A stretch of 64,000 nucleotides of DNA, from the NCBI GenBank assembly GCA_963828165.1, contig CAWHDR010000001.1, forward strand, positions 1,152,001-1,216,000, read 5' to 3'. Under the pieces are notes generated by a model. It was given only the letters and a program-made list of their open reading frames with translations. It did not search any database and was not told the DNA's origin. Below, one piece after another: positions 1 through 10,856 of this stretch (position 1 is its first letter; every line of letters begins with the position of its first letter). Made by a program: the position numbers and the translations under genes. Origin of the DNA: an uncultured Chloroflexia bacterium. Its GTDB lineage: Bacteria; Chloroflexota; Limnocylindria; Limnocylindrales; CSP1-4.

Positions 1-54
1 GACCGCCATCATCTCGCGATGGTCTTCACCGGCCGGAGGCATTTTCGACACTGA
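1..54 (+). CDS. purH: 3' end of bifunctional AICAR transformylase/IMP cyclohydrolase (partial)
   Basis: Frame 1 reads [17 protein letters not shown], matching the conserved PurH C-terminus (AMVFTGxRHFRH); TGATG overlap with the next gene. Confidence 0.85.
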   Translation, partial: DRHHLAMVFTGRRHFRH

Positions 55-1037
55 TGGAACAGCTGCTCGCGCTCGAGATGATCCGGGTCACGGAGGCGGC
101 CGCCATCGAGTCCGCGCGCTTCATGGGTCGCGGCGAGCGCGACGGCGCCGACGCGGCGGCCACCGAGGCGATGCGCAAGACGATGGACGAGATCGACTTC
201 GCCGGACGGATCGTGATCGGCGAGGGCGAGCGTGACGAGGCCCCGATGCTGTACATCGGGGAGCGGGTCGGGCGCACCGGCGCGGACCGCGATGACGTGC
301 CGCGCGTCGACATCGCGGTCGATCCGCTCGAGGGCACGAACCTCGTGGCGCACGGGCAGGCCGGTGCCATCACGGTCCTCGCCGCCTCGGAGGCGGGCGG
401 CCTGACGCATGCCCCGGACACGTACATGGAGAAGCTGTGCGTCGGACCGGTCGTCGCCGGCAAGGTCGACATCCGCCACACGCCCACGGAGAACCTTCGT
501 GCGATCGCCGACGCCCTCGGGCGAAAGGTCGGGGACATCACGATCGTCATCCTGGAGCGACCGCGCCACGATGCGCTCATCAAGGAGGTCCGCGAGGCCG
601 GCGCCCGGATCAAGCTCATCGGCGATGGTGACCTGTCGGCCGCCATCTCGTGCGCCGTGTCGGGGACCGGCGTCCACGCGGTCATGGGCATCGGGGGCGC
701 GCCAGAGGGCGTCATCACCGCGGCGGCCCTGCGCTGCCTGGGCGGCGAGATCCAGGCCCGCTTCAGGTACCGCAGCGACGACGAGCGCGAACGAGGTGCG
801 CGGATGGGCCACGGCGACGAGGACCGCGTGTACTCGACCGAAGACCTCGCCCCGGGGGAGAACCTCGTGTTCGCCGCGACCGGTGTCACCGCCGGCGACC
901 TCCTGTCGGGTGTCCGCTTCTTCGGCGGCGGCGCGCGGACGCACTCACTGGTGATGGCCTACCAGACCAAGCAGGTGCGCTTCGTCGACACGGTCCACAT
1001 GTTCGATCGCGACAGCCCGCCGCGGGTCCGGCTCTGA
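54..1037 (+). CDS. glpX: Class II fructose-1,6-bisphosphatase
   Basis: Motifs [36 protein letters not shown] and FAATGVT typical of GlpX. Confidence 0.95.
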   Translation: MEQLLALEMIRVTEAAAIESARFMGRGERDGADAAATEAMRKTMDEIDFAGRIVIGEGERDEAPMLYIGERVGRTGADRDDVPRVDIAVDPLEGTNLVAHGQAGAITVLAASEAGGLTHAPDTYMEKLCVGPVVAGKVDIRHTPTENLRAIADALGRKVGDITIVILERPRHDALIKEVREAGARIKLIGDGDLSAAISCAVSGTGVHAVMGIGGAPEGVITAAALRCLGGEIQARFRYRSDDERERGARMGHGDEDRVYSTEDLAPGENLVFAATGVTAGDLLSGVRFFGGGARTHSLVMAYQTKQVRFVDTVHMFDRDSPPRVRL

Positions 1038-2117
1038 CCCGAGCGGCACCCGCGAGCCGGCTCGGCGCGGCGCTGCCCGGCTTGGTGGCGTGCGCCATCG
1101 TCGCGCTGATTGCGCGGCTCATCGGGAACGCGCTGGCGCTGGGCCTCGAGACGCCGGTGGCGCTCGCCTTCGGACTCGTGATCGGCAGCGTCGCTCCGGT
1201 TCGGGCTGTCCTCCTGGCCGGGGCCGCGCCCGCCGCCCGGTTGGCTCTCCGGCTCGGGATCACGCTCCTCGGGGCCCGATTGACGCTCGACCAGTTGATC
1301 TCGACCGGTGGAGCCAGCCTGCTGGCCATCGTGCTGGTCGTCTCGGTCGCGCTGCTCCTGGGGACGTTCCTCGCGCGACGGCTCGGGCTGCGGCCGCCGC
1401 TGTCAGCGCTGATCACCGTGGGCATGGCGATCTGCGGCAACTCGGCGATCCTCGCGCTGTCACCGATCCTTCGCGCCCCACCTCGCGACACCGCCTATGC
1501 CGTGTCGACGATCACCCTGTTCGGACTCGTGGGCGTGCTGCTGCTGCCGTTCGTGGGGTCGCTCCTTGGATTGTCGGACGCGGCGTTCGGGATGTGGGCC
1601 GGCCTCGCGGTCAACGACACGGCCCAGGTGGTCGCGAGCGGGCTACGCGTTCTCGCCACCGGCCGGCGACGTGGCCACGGTCGTCAAGCTGACGCGCAAC
1701 ATCGCGATCCTGCCCGTGTTGCTCGGGGCGACCTGGCTCGCGGTTCGGGCGGCCACGGCCGATGCCTCGGCGGTGTCGGCTGGGTCGACCCCCCGGCTGG
1801 TCGCCCGCGCCGTGCCCTGGTTCGTGGTCGGGTTCGTGGTCGTCGCCGGGCTGCGCTCGGCAGGCCTGCTCGAGGGTGAGCTGTGGGGAGAATCGCTCGC
1901 CGAGCTGTTCCAGAGCGGTGCGACGGTCCTCATCCTGGTGGCGCTGGCGGGCGTCGGGATCTCGACCGATATCCGGGCGATGCTCGGGGTCGGTGCCCGG
2001 CCGTTCGTCCTCGGTGCCTCGATGTGGGTCGTCATCGGTCTGCTCGGGCTGGTCCTGGCGATGGTCCTCGTGGAACCGCCGAGCGGTGGTCTGACGGCCG
2101 TCTACCATGGGGGATAG
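1034..2117 (+). CDS. YeiH/UPF0324 family membrane protein (putative sulfate/sulfite exporter); one frameshift near 1641; start uncertain
   Basis: [30 protein letters not shown] in ORF 650..1879, continuing as [21 protein letters not shown] in ORF 1497..2117. Confidence 0.8.
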
Positions 2118-2121
2118 CGCC

Positions 2122-3523
2122 ATGGACATCGAGATCATCCTCACCCCCGGCCTGGGCAACGCGACCTACCTGCTCGCCTCGGACGGCGAGGCGATCGTGG
2201 TCGATCCGCCGCGTGACGCGTGGCGAGTCACAGCCGTCGCCGACGCCAGGGGCTGGCGGCTGACCCACGTGGTCGAGACCCACGTCCACAACGACTACCT
2301 GTCGGGCGCGCTCGAGCTGCGAGCCGCACCGGCGCGCCGAGATCGTCGCGCCGGCCCGCGGTCGCTACGCCTTCGAGCATCGGGGCGCGGACGAGGGCGA
2401 CGCGGTCGAGGTCGGCGGTCTCCGGCTCGTCGCCCGGGCGACACCGGGACACACGCCGGACCATCTCGCCTGGGAGGTACGGGCGGACGGAGCGGCCGAC
2501 CCATCGGCCGTGCTGACCGGCGGCAGCCTGCTTGTGGGGAGCGCCGGGCGGACGGACCTGCTGGGACGCCGACGCGACGGAGGATCTGACGCGCGCGCAA
2601 TTCGCCTCGCTCCAGCAGCTGGCGACGCTGCCCGACGACGTGGCGGTGCTGCCCACCCACGGACGCTGGCAGCTTCTGCGCGGCGGGGCCCGTCCACGGC
2701 GGCCGCACCTCCACGATGGGCGCTGAGCGGCGGATGAACCCGCTGCTGTCGGCATCCGACGAGACGTCGTTCCGCGTCGAGCTGCTCGGAGGCCTCGGGG
2801 CCTACCCGACCTACTACGACGCGATGGCTCCGATCAACCGGGCCGGACCAGCCGTCCTCGGCCGGCCGGCCCTGCCACCGCGGCTCGACGTTGCCGGGTT
2901 CGCCGCGGCCGTCAGCGCCGGGGCCCATGTCGTCGACGGCCGACCACGCGCCGAGTTCGCAGCCGGCCACCTGCCGGGCTCGATCAACATCGAGCTGACC
3001 GACACCTTCGCCTCGTACGTCGGCTGGTTCGTTCCGTTCGGGGCGGCGGTGGCGCTTGTGCTCCCGGAGCCGCACAGGGAGGCACTCGAGGAGGCGACCG
3101 TCCAGCTGTTCCGGATCGGCTATGACCGGGTCGTGGGGGCATTGACCGGCGGCCTGGCCGCCTGGGCGGCATCCGGTGCCCGGATCGAGACCTACCCCAC
3201 GACCACGATCGAGGCACTTCACGAGCAGGCGCTCGCCGGGCGGAACGCGTATGCCCTCGACGTCCGGGATCCCCACGAGTGGCGCGAGGACGGCGGCGTG
3301 CCGGGTGCGATCCGGATCCCGCTCGGCGACCTGTCGGAGCGGCTCGCCACGATCCCCCGCGACGCGCCGGTGACCGTCATGTGCAAGTCCGGTGCGCGCG
3401 CGTCGATCGCCGCCAGCCTGCTTGATGCTGCCGGTCTCGACGTGCGGCTCATCGACCAGGGCGGCGCACCCGACTGGCCCGCGACGAGCCCGCGCCGAGG
3501 CGGCGGACGCCACCCGTCGGTGA
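2122..3523 (+). CDS. MBL-fold hydrolase (persulfide dioxygenase-like) fused to two rhodanese domains; several frameshifts (about 2330, 2565, 2663, 3490)
   Basis: ETHVHNDY, TPGHTPDH, LTGGSLLVGSAGRTDLL, LPTHG, GHLPGS and C-terminal DVR...MCKSGARA distributed over consecutive frames; end approximate. Confidence 0.8.
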
Positions 3524-4793
3524 CGACGGCGGCGACGATCCTCGGCGAGGATCACGCCCGACGGCTCGACGCGGCCGACCCCCTGGCCGGTCATCGCGAC
3601 CGGTTCCTCCTGCCGACGGACGCCCGACGGAACGCCCAAGGTCTACCTGGCCGGACAGTCTCTGGGCGCCCAGCCGGCTGCGGCTCGGGACGAGGTGGAA
3701 GCGGAGCTCGACGCGTGGGCACGGCTCGGCGTCGACGGGTGGTTCGCCGCGAAGCGAGCCTGGCTCGACGCCGACGGCGCGATCCGTGAACCGACGGCGA
3801 CGCTGGTCGGTGCTCGACCCGACGAGATCGCGACGATGAACACCCTGACCGTGAACCTGCACCTGCTGTTCGCGACGTTCTTCCGGCCCGCGGGCGGGCG
3901 GACCGCGATCCTCATCGACGCGCCGACGTTCCCGTCCGACCGGTACGCCGTCGAGTCGCAGCTTCGCCTGCACGGCCTCGCCCCAGCGCGCGACCTCATC
4001 GTGGTCCGCCCCCGCGACGGGGAGGCGCTGCTGCGCACCGAGGATCTCGAAGGGGCCATCCACGAGCATCGGGATCGCCTTGCCGTGGCGCTCCTCGCAG
4101 GCGTGAACTACGCCACCGGCCAGGCGCACGACATCGGGACGGCTCACCGCGGCGGTCCACGATGCGGGTGCTGTCGCCCTCTGGGACCTGGCGCACGCGG
4201 TCGGAAACGTCCCGCTGACCTTGCACGATGAGGAGGTCGATGGCGCCGCGTGGTGCACGTACAAATACCTCAACGGCGGCCCTGGATCGATCGGCCAGGT
4301 GTTCGTTCACGAACGGCACGCGGCCGACGCTTCCGCCCTGCGGCTGACCGGTTGGTGGGGCAACGACCCAGCCACGCGGTTCGAGATGGCCGAGACCTTC
4401 GAGCCGGCGCGCGGCGCCGACGGCTGGCGGATCTCGACGCCGCCCATCCTGTCGCTGGCACCGATCCGCGCATCGCTCGCGATCTTCGACGAGGTAGGGA
4501 TGTCCGCCTTGCGCCGGAAGTCCGTCGAGCTGACCGCCTATTTCGAGGGTCTCATCGAGGCGCTCGTAACCGACGCCGAGATCCTGACGCCACGTGCCCC
4601 TGGAGCCCGCGGGGCCCAACTCTCGCTGCGATTCCCGGATGCGACGCGCCGGCTGGACGCGCTGGAGGCTGCGGCGGTCATCGCCGACTTCCGCGAGCCC
4701 GACATCATCCGCATGGCGCCGGTCCCGCTGTACAACACCTTCCACGACGCTTGGCGCGCCGCGCGAGCGCTCGCGGAGACGCGCTCGGCCTAG
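3520..4793 (+). CDS. kynU: Kynureninase (PLP-dependent); frameshifts near 3630 and 4140
   Basis: LDAADPL, YLAGQSLG, MNTLTVNLHLL, FPSDRY, WDLAHAVGNVP, WCTYKYLNGGPG, GWWG, DFREPDIIR, PLYN. Confidence 0.9.
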
Positions 4794-4801
4794 TCGACTA
4801 C

Positions 4802-5791
4802 TCAGCCAAGCCGCAGGTTCGGCAGCACGTCCTTGCCGAAGACCTCGATGAACTCGGCCTGATTGCGGCCGACGTTGTGGAGATGGATCTCGTCGAAGCC
4901 CATGTCCACGTAGTGCTGGATGTGCTTCGTATGTGCTTCGAGATCGCTGGTCATCAGCACCCGGTTCTTGAAGTCCTCGGGTTTGACCAGCTTCGCCATT
5001 GCCGCGAAGTCCTCGGGATTCTTGATGTCCTGCTTCGGGAACGTCATCCCGCCGTTGGGCCACTCGACCATCGCGTTCTGCACGGCCTCTTCATTGGTGC
5101 GCGCCCACGAGATGTGGATCTGGAGCATCTTCGGCGCCGTAGCCGCTGTCTTGCCGGCCTCACGGGCGCCCTCCTCGAATTTCTCCCAGAGCATCGAGAT
5201 CTTCTCGTCGGCCGCGCCGACCGTGATGATGCCGTCGGCAAACTTCCCGGTCTTCTTCGCGTTAATGGGACCGGCCGTCGCGACGTACACGGGCACCGGC
5301 ACCTCGGGGCGGGTGTAGAGCTTCGCGCTCTCGAGGGTGAAGAACTCTCCCTTGTGCTTGACGACTTTGCCGGTGAACAGCTTGTTGATGATCTCGATCG
5401 ACTCGAACATCATTGCGCTGCGGATCCCGATCTCGGGCCACACACCTCCGACGACGTGCTCGTTCAACGCTTCGCCGGCCCCCAGCCCGAGGTAGAAGCG
5501 CCCGGGGTACATCGCGCCGATCGTGGCCGCGGCGTGGGCGATCACCGCGGGGTGGTAACGGAAGCCTGGGCACGTGACCGCCGTCCCGAACCTGAGGCTC
5601 GTCCGCTGCCCGAGCGCGCCCATGAAGGACCAGGCGAATGCGCTCTGGCCTTGTTGGGGGGTCCACGGGTGGAAGTGCTCGCTGACCATGAACCCGGCTT
5701 CCAATCCGGCAGCCTCAGCCTGGGCGCACCAGTCGAGCAGGTCGTTGGGGTGGAATTGCTCGAGCATCGCCGCATAGCCGATCGTGGTCAT
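4802..5791 (-). CDS. F420-dependent LLM-class oxidoreductase, G6PDH/Adf-like (TIGR03557-type)
   Basis: LEQF, SEHFHPW...QGQS, GTAVTCP, LGLGAGEALNEH. Confidence 0.88.
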   Translation of the reverse strand: MTTIGYAAMLEQFHPNDLLDWCAQAEAAGLEAGFMVSEHFHPWTPQQGQSAFAWSFMGALGQRTSLRFGTAVTCPGFRYHPAVIAHAAATIGAMYPGRFYLGLGAGEALNEHVVGGVWPEIGIRSAMMFESIEIINKLFTGKVVKHKGEFFTLESAKLYTRPEVPVPVYVATAGPINAKKTGKFADGIITVGAADEKISMLWEKFEEGAREAGKTAATAPKMLQIHISWARTNEEAVQNAMVEWPNGGMTFPKQDIKNPEDFAAMAKLVKPEDFKNRVLMTSDLEAHTKHIQHYVDMGFDEIHLHNVGRNQAEFIEVFGKDVLPNLRLG

Positions 5792-5849
5792 CGTCGTCCT
5801 CCGTCGTCGTTCGTCGATCTGACGATTTCCGCCGTTCGGCCCTCGAGAT

Positions 5850-5878
5850 TGTACCCAATCATGTGTCGCTTGTATCTA
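5850..5878. promoter_or_regulatory. Paired operator boxes TGTACCCA (5850) and TGTATCTA (5871), 21 bp apart
   Basis: First box lies in the imperfect palindrome GATTGTACCCAATC; upstream of the 4802..5791 gene; same pattern recurs in other promoters. Confidence 0.65.
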
Positions 5879-6403
5879 TGTCCGCGCATCGTCGGCGAGG
5901 AGGACGACGCGCGTCCGGCGTGGCGCTGTACGATCCAGGCGCTCTACGTCTCGCCTACGCAGAAGGTAGCCGCTAGGACCGCGCGATGCGCGCAGGCGGC
6001 CCGTGCGAATGGCTCGACGGAGCCATCCGACCTCCCGCTTGACTAGATTCGCCGCCTCGCGCACCGACAGTGGGTCTCCAGCTTGGTAGAAGTCGCTGTG
6101 GTGACCGAGGTCGCTGTGATAGATGGGCCCCGCGTCGACAGCGTAGGTCGCTGGTCCGCCGGTGCCAGGAGGGGCGAACCGGCCCAAACTCAGCCGCGCG
6201 TCGTAAGCCGCGCGACGCTTCCCGTCCCCCAGGACTTCGTAAGCGCGGGCGATCCGCTTGAACTGTCGCTCCATCGCTGGATCATCGGAATGCCTGTCGG
6301 GATGGGTGGCGCGGGCAAGGCGTCGATACGCTGACCGGATTTCGCCAGGTGTTGCCCCAGGCTCGAGCTCCAACGTCGCATAGTGGCCGCTACGCCGCGC
6401 CAT
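5876..6403 (-). CDS. J-domain protein with C-terminal excisionase/MerR-like helix-turn-helix
   Basis: HYATLEL...IRSAYRRLARATHPD...AYEVLGD..RR..YD (J-domain with HPD); C-terminal LSVREAANLV...LRRAIRTGRLRA...YLLRRRDVE. Confidence 0.8.
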   Translation of the reverse strand: MARRSGHYATLELEPGATPGEIRSAYRRLARATHPDRHSDDPAMERQFKRIARAYEVLGDGKRRAAYDARLSLGRFAPPGTGGPATYAVDAGPIYHSDLGHHSDFYQAGDPLSVREAANLVKREVGWLRRAIRTGRLRASRGPSGYLLRRRDVERLDRTAPRRTRVVLLADDART

Positions 6404-6552
6404 GGCCCTTCTACTTGGCGCTTCGTTGGCCCGTGACGCTCGCCCCGATTGGTGCGCCCCGGCCATTCATGATCGTCTTCAAGGATTCGGCAACCTCTTG
6501 CGGGTGCGAGCGTCGCGGGGAGGAGGCACCGCGACCCTCGCAGGGATTGTTT

Positions 6553-7548
6553 CTAGACGCCGACCGTGGCCGGTTGGCCGACGCGCGGTAGGACATCGCT
6601 GGCGAGGGTCTCGATCTGGTCGAGCCAGTCCGGGAAGCGCATCCGGAAATCGAAGATCAGGAGATCGCAGCCAATCTCCTGGTAGCGCTGAACGCCGCGG
6701 ACAATATCGTCGGGCGAACCGGCCAGGATCGAGCCGTCGAGCTCCTCGATCGTCGTGAACTCGCCGCCTTCCGGCTTCAGCCAGAACTTCTGCGCGTTCG
6801 CGTTCTTGATGAGCCCGGGCACGTTCATGCGGCGTGTCGCGGCTTCGAACGAACTGTCGATGCTGGTGACCGGCACAGCGCCCGTCCAGATCATCCGCTT
6901 GCCCTGCTCGGCGGTCATGTCGCGAATCTTGGCGACCCGCGCCTCGTACGTTGAGAATGGAATCCGGCCGGGCAGCCAGCCATCGCAAAAGTCGACCGCA
7001 AGGCGCGCCGACGCGGGCGTCGCACCGCCCCACCAGACGGGCACGGGATGGAGCGGCTGCGGCTTCAAGTCCACGTCCTCGAAGTCGTATAGCTCGCTGT
7101 GCCAATCGACCGTCTCGCCGGTCCAAAGCTTGCGGGCTATGAGCGTCTGCTCCTTCATCAACTCAGGGCGCTTGAGGTCTCCCTGGCCGATCACGTCGAA
7201 TTCGTGCTGGAAGTTGCCGGCGCCGATGCCGAGGTCGAACCTCCGGCGCGTGATCCACGACAGCGACGCGATGCTTGAGGCCATGTGGATCGGGTGGCGG
7301 AACGGAATAATGGTCGCCGCACCGAGGCCGATCCTCTCGGTCACTCCGGCCAGATATGTAAGAGCCACAAACGGGTCGATGAACGTGCGGTCCGTGCCCT
7401 CCATGCCGTGCGGATGGAACACGAGGTGATCGCGCACCCACAAGGAGTCGAAGCCGAGCCGTTCGGCGAGCTTGGCGCCCTCGATCAGCAGATCCTGGTC
7501 AGCCTCGACCCCGAAGTGCGGGACGAGCAGTCCGAAACGCGTGGCCAT
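6553..7548 (-). CDS. LLM-class flavin/F420-dependent oxidoreductase
   Basis: AERLGFDSLWVRDH, DPFV, RHPI, LGIGAG, PVPVWWGG, DGWLP. Confidence 0.85.
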   Translation of the reverse strand: MATRFGLLVPHFGVEADQDLLIEGAKLAERLGFDSLWVRDHLVFHPHGMEGTDRTFIDPFVALTYLAGVTERIGLGAATIIPFRHPIHMASSIASLSWITRRRFDLGIGAGNFQHEFDVIGQGDLKRPELMKEQTLIARKLWTGETVDWHSELYDFEDVDLKPQPLHPVPVWWGGATPASARLAVDFCDGWLPGRIPFSTYEARVAKIRDMTAEQGKRMIWTGAVPVTSIDSSFEAATRRMNVPGLIKNANAQKFWLKPEGGEFTTIEELDGSILAGSPDDIVRGVQRYQEIGCDLLIFDFRMRFPDWLDQIETLASDVLPRVGQPATVGV

Positions 7549-7563
7549 GGTTCCGTACTCTCC

Positions 7564-8970
7564 TTAGGCTCCTACCGACACGGTTGTCGGCGTGGTGGTC
7601 GGTCGCGCGTGGCGACCCCGGCCCGGAAGGCCGCTGACCGTTCCATCGGCGTAGATCACCTCGCCGCGCGAGATCGTGCTGGTTACAGCGCCGCGAACGC
7701 GACGACCAGCGTACGGCGTCCAGCCACATTTGCTGAGCACGAGGTCGTCGGTGATTTCGAATTCGGCGCCGAGGTCGACGACGGCGATGTCAGCGTCCGC
7801 GCCGACGTCTAATCGGCCCTTGTCGCCGAGACCGAAGACGCGAGCCGGTGTGGTCGCCGTCGCGTCGGCGATTCGCTCGAGGCTGATCCGGCCGGCGGCG
7901 CTCGCGTCGAGGAGTAGGGAGAGGTAGAACTGTGTTGATGGCGTACCCGTGTGGGCCTTCCAGCCGTCGGTCCAACCCGGCTCCTTCTCCACACGCAGGT
8001 GCGGAGCGTGGTCGGTCGAGACGAGGTCGATCGTCCCGTCGCGAAGGGCCTCCCAGAGCGGATCGGTATTCGATTCCGGCACGTAGTACGAGAGCGCATA
8101 CGAACCGAGCCGCTCGATGTTCGACCAGTCGTTGCCCAGGAACACGGCCCACGGGTTGATCTCAGCTGAGACGACCTGGCCAGCGTCCTTTGCGCGGCGC
8201 AGTTGCTCGATCACGCCCCGCGTCTGGGTATGGAGCAGGTGGAGTCGCGTTCCGGTCGCCTTCTGAAGTCGCAACAGCAAGGCTACCGCGGTGTCCCAGA
8301 TGATCCCGTCATGCGCCGCGTACGCCTTGGCATATGCGCGGAAGTCGCGCTCGCCACGCTCCCAGTACCGCTCCTCGATCGCGGTCATGAGCGCCTGGTC
8401 GTGGGGATGGACCATAAGCGGCAAGCTCGTTTCGGCAACAGCCCCGAAGATCCGCAGCAGGTCGCCGTGGTCGTGCACGCCGATGCCGGGCATGTGCGGG
8501 TAGTCCCGACCCGTGTCGACGACCATGAACACCTTGAAGGCGGCAATGCCCATGGTCGCAAGCTCGGGGATCTCGTCGAGGACGGTGCCAGCGGCATTCA
8601 CGTTGTAATCGACGATCGACTTCTCGGCGTACAGCCGGAGAATCGACGCTAGCCGTTCCGCCGTGTTCGGGGGAGGCTGGACGTTCGGCATCGCGAATGA
8701 CGTGGTCACGCCGCCGGCCGCGCACGCCGACGTGGCACTGACGATGTCCTCCTTTTCGGTGAATCCGGGCTCGCGGTGGTGGCTGTGGACGTCGATCAGA
8801 CCCGGCAGCAGGTGACGGCCCGTCGCGTCGATGATCTTCGTCGCGTCCAGGGGCGTACCCGGATCGACGATGGCTGCGATCCGCCCATCGGCCACCGCGA
8901 CGTCCGCCGTAGCAAGACCAGTGGCGGACACCACTGTGCCGCCGCTGATCACGAGGTCGTAGGTCCTCAC
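7564..8970 (-). CDS. Cyclic amidohydrolase (dihydroorotase/allantoinase family)
   Basis: LPGLIDVHSHHREPG, AAGGVTT, MPN, FKVFM, STDHAPH, GADADI, SKCGWTPY; GTG start overlaps the upstream stop (GTGA). Confidence 0.88.
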   Translation of the reverse strand: MRTYDLVISGGTVVSATGLATADVAVADGRIAAIVDPGTPLDATKIIDATGRHLLPGLIDVHSHHREPGFTEKEDIVSATSACAAGGVTTSFAMPNVQPPPNTAERLASILRLYAEKSIVDYNVNAAGTVLDEIPELATMGIAAFKVFMVVDTGRDYPHMPGIGVHDHGDLLRIFGAVAETSLPLMVHPHDQALMTAIEERYWERGERDFRAYAKAYAAHDGIIWDTAVALLLRLQKATGTRLHLLHTQTRGVIEQLRRAKDAGQVVSAEINPWAVFLGNDWSNIERLGSYALSYYVPESNTDPLWEALRDGTIDLVSTDHAPHLRVEKEPGWTDGWKAHTGTPSTQFYLSLLLDASAAGRISLERIADATATTPARVFGLGDKGRLDVGADADIAVVDLGAEFEITDDLVLSKCGWTPYAGRRVRGAVTSTISRGEVIYADGTVSGLPGRGRHARPTTTPTTVSVGA

Positions 8971-9935
8971 GCGCCCGACGCCTCGCTGATCCCGTCGACA
9001 TACCGGATCGAAGCTTCCGGTGCCGCCTGGTGGACCGCGATATCCCCGGCTACGAGGTAGCACTGAAACCACTCGACGATCATGGGAGCGACGACATCGC
9101 GATACTGCTCATAGGCGCCGTAATGCGTCGTTCCGGTCTGTACCACCAGTCGCTTCGGGGTGCCCGCCTTCTCGTACAGCGCGTAGCTGTGGTCCTCGGG
9201 CGTCGTCCAGTCGTTCTCGACACAAATGAACATCGCTGCACGGGGTGCGATGCGGTCGACGACGTCGATCGGACGGTACTCGAAGATTGCCTCCGCGCTT
9301 GCTAGAGCCACGAGTTCTGGGATCCGATGGTCGACATCGGACTTGACTTGTGTGACCTTGCGCTCGGGCGTGGGAACCATGATGCCGTCCCGTGGCGCGA
9401 CCATCGCACCCTTCCCGGTGCGGTTTCGTTCCAGGCGATCGAGGCGAAGCTCGCTGAGGAACTCCAGCCATTCGTGTTCGCGGCGCATTCGCCGTAGCCA
9501 GTCCCGCCCGTCCGAGATCGGCACCTGCGCGACCATGGCTTTGAAGCGTGGGTCCAACGCCGCGGCCATGACAGCGTTTCCACCGCCCGTGCCACCGGAG
9601 CCGAAAGCACCCACGCGATTCGCGTCAATCTCTGGCCTGGTTTCGAGGTATGTCGCGGCGCTTATGAAGTCCTCAACCTGGGTCCTCGGATCAAGGAACG
9701 TCGCGTCGCCCTCAGAGTCCCCAAAGCCACGGTAGTCAAAGACGAGCACGGCGATGCCCGCGGTCAATAGAGCGTCGTGGTATGGCTTATATAGCTTCGC
9801 GTCGCGAAGCCCGAGCCAGCCTGGGCCCTGCGCGACCGCGGCAACGGGCCCGTCCGCCGACGCTCCGGCGGGGAGCATCAGGGTGCCGGCCAGCATCGCG
9901 CCATGACTGTAGAAGCGGACCTGCTCGATGGGCAT
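8967..9935 (-). CDS. Alpha/beta-fold hydrolase (CocE/peptidase S15-like)
   Basis: FDYRGFGDSEG, RPEIDANRVGAFG, C-terminal D..TP and THY. Confidence 0.8.
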   Translation of the reverse strand: MPIEQVRFYSHGAMLAGTLMLPAGASADGPVAAVAQGPGWLGLRDAKLYKPYHDALLTAGIAVLVFDYRGFGDSEGDATFLDPRTQVEDFISAATYLETRPEIDANRVGAFGSGGTGGGNAVMAAALDPRFKAMVAQVPISDGRDWLRRMRREHEWLEFLSELRLDRLERNRTGKGAMVAPRDGIMVPTPERKVTQVKSDVDHRIPELVALASAEAIFEYRPIDVVDRIAPRAAMFICVENDWTTPEDHSYALYEKAGTPKRLVVQTGTTHYGAYEQYRDVVAPMIVEWFQCYLVAGDIAVHQAAPEASIRYVDGISEASGA

Positions 9936-10009
9936 CGATCCCTCGGCGTGGAACTGTCAGCATGGATCCGGCCCGAACTTAGCCGGGGCGCATCCGATTT
10001 GATGGCCAA

Positions 10010-10038
10010 TGTACCCAAGTTGGCGGTGATTGTCCACA
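10010..10038. promoter_or_regulatory. Paired operator boxes TGTACCCA (10010) and TGTCCACA (10031), 21 bp apart
   Basis: Upstream of the 9935-6553 minus-strand operon. Confidence 0.7.
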
Positions 10039-10136
10039 TTTTCGAGGAGTCGCTTGCCCTGGAGTTAAAGGCCCGCCATGGGAAGGGTCGCCATCGAACG
10101 GGTTGACGTGGGCCGCCAGGGGACCGCTGCCTGACG

Positions 10137-10856
10137 TTACCGGCGTCGGTCCGCCCGCCGACGGGCCTCGGCTTCCTTGATATAGCGCCGGATGAGGACT
10201 GCGACCCGCCGGTAGTGTCCGCCCAGGTGCGCTACGGCACGATCCGCGTCACCGACCCGCACCGCTTCAAAGAAGTGCTCGTGGATCGAACTAGAGTGCT
10301 GGATGGTTGTCCAGCGCAAGACCCTAGCGACCTCCTGGCGCAAGCGCATGATCAAGCCGACGAGCCGCGGGCGGCCGGTCACCGAGTAGAGCCGCAGGTA
10401 GAAGCGCTCGCGCGACGCGAGTTGATCATCGGGGGTCGCGGCAGTTTGCATCGCACTGAACAGGACCTCAAGTTCCTCGAGGTCTTCGTCGGTCAGTAAC
10501 GGGAGCGCTAAGCGCACGGCCTCGCTCTCGAGCAGGATACGAAGGTCGTAGACCTCCTCAACATCATCGGCGTCTAGGGTGGTGACCGTGAAGCCGCGAT
10601 GTGGTTCCGACGTCACCAGACCCTCGTACTCAAGCGCTCGAAGGGCTTCTCGGACGGGGATCCGACTGGTACCGAAGACCTCTGCCAGTTCTTCTTGACG
10701 CAGACGGTCTCCAGGACCGAGCACTCCTGACAGGATCGCCTTTCGTACGGAGTCGAGCACGAGCTCCTGTGCAGTGACACTCTGCTCGCGACCCCCATCG
10801 ATGATTGCCGCGAGCTTCTCGTGTTGGTCATCCCGGGTTCGTCCGTCGCCGTCCAT
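10137..10856 (-). CDS. GntR-family regulator (FadR/FCD subfamily)
   Basis: ILSGVLGPGDRLRQEELAEVFGTSRIPVREALRALEYEGLV, VYDLRILLE; GGAGG RBS before ATG 10856. Confidence 0.92.
   Translation of the reverse strand: MDGDGRTRDDQHEKLAAIIDGGREQSVTAQELVLDSVRKAILSGVLGPGDRLRQEELAEVFGTSRIPVREALRALEYEGLVTSEPHRGFTVTTLDADDVEEVYDLRILLESEAVRLALPLLTDEDLEELEVLFSAMQTAATPDDQLASRERFYLRLYSVTGRPRLVGLIMRLRQEVARVLRWTTIQHSSSIHEHFFEAVRVGDADRAVAHLGGHYRRVAVLIRRYIKEAEARRRADRRR

Noticed and set aside
2716-3789. Rhodanese-kynureninase fusion ORF
   Set aside because: A GTGA stop/start overlap at 3520-3523 suggests two genes joined by an indel error
5876-6100. Prophage/ICE excisionase marking an integration site
   Set aside because: The HTH is fused to a J-domain; no integrase, tRNA or att repeats found
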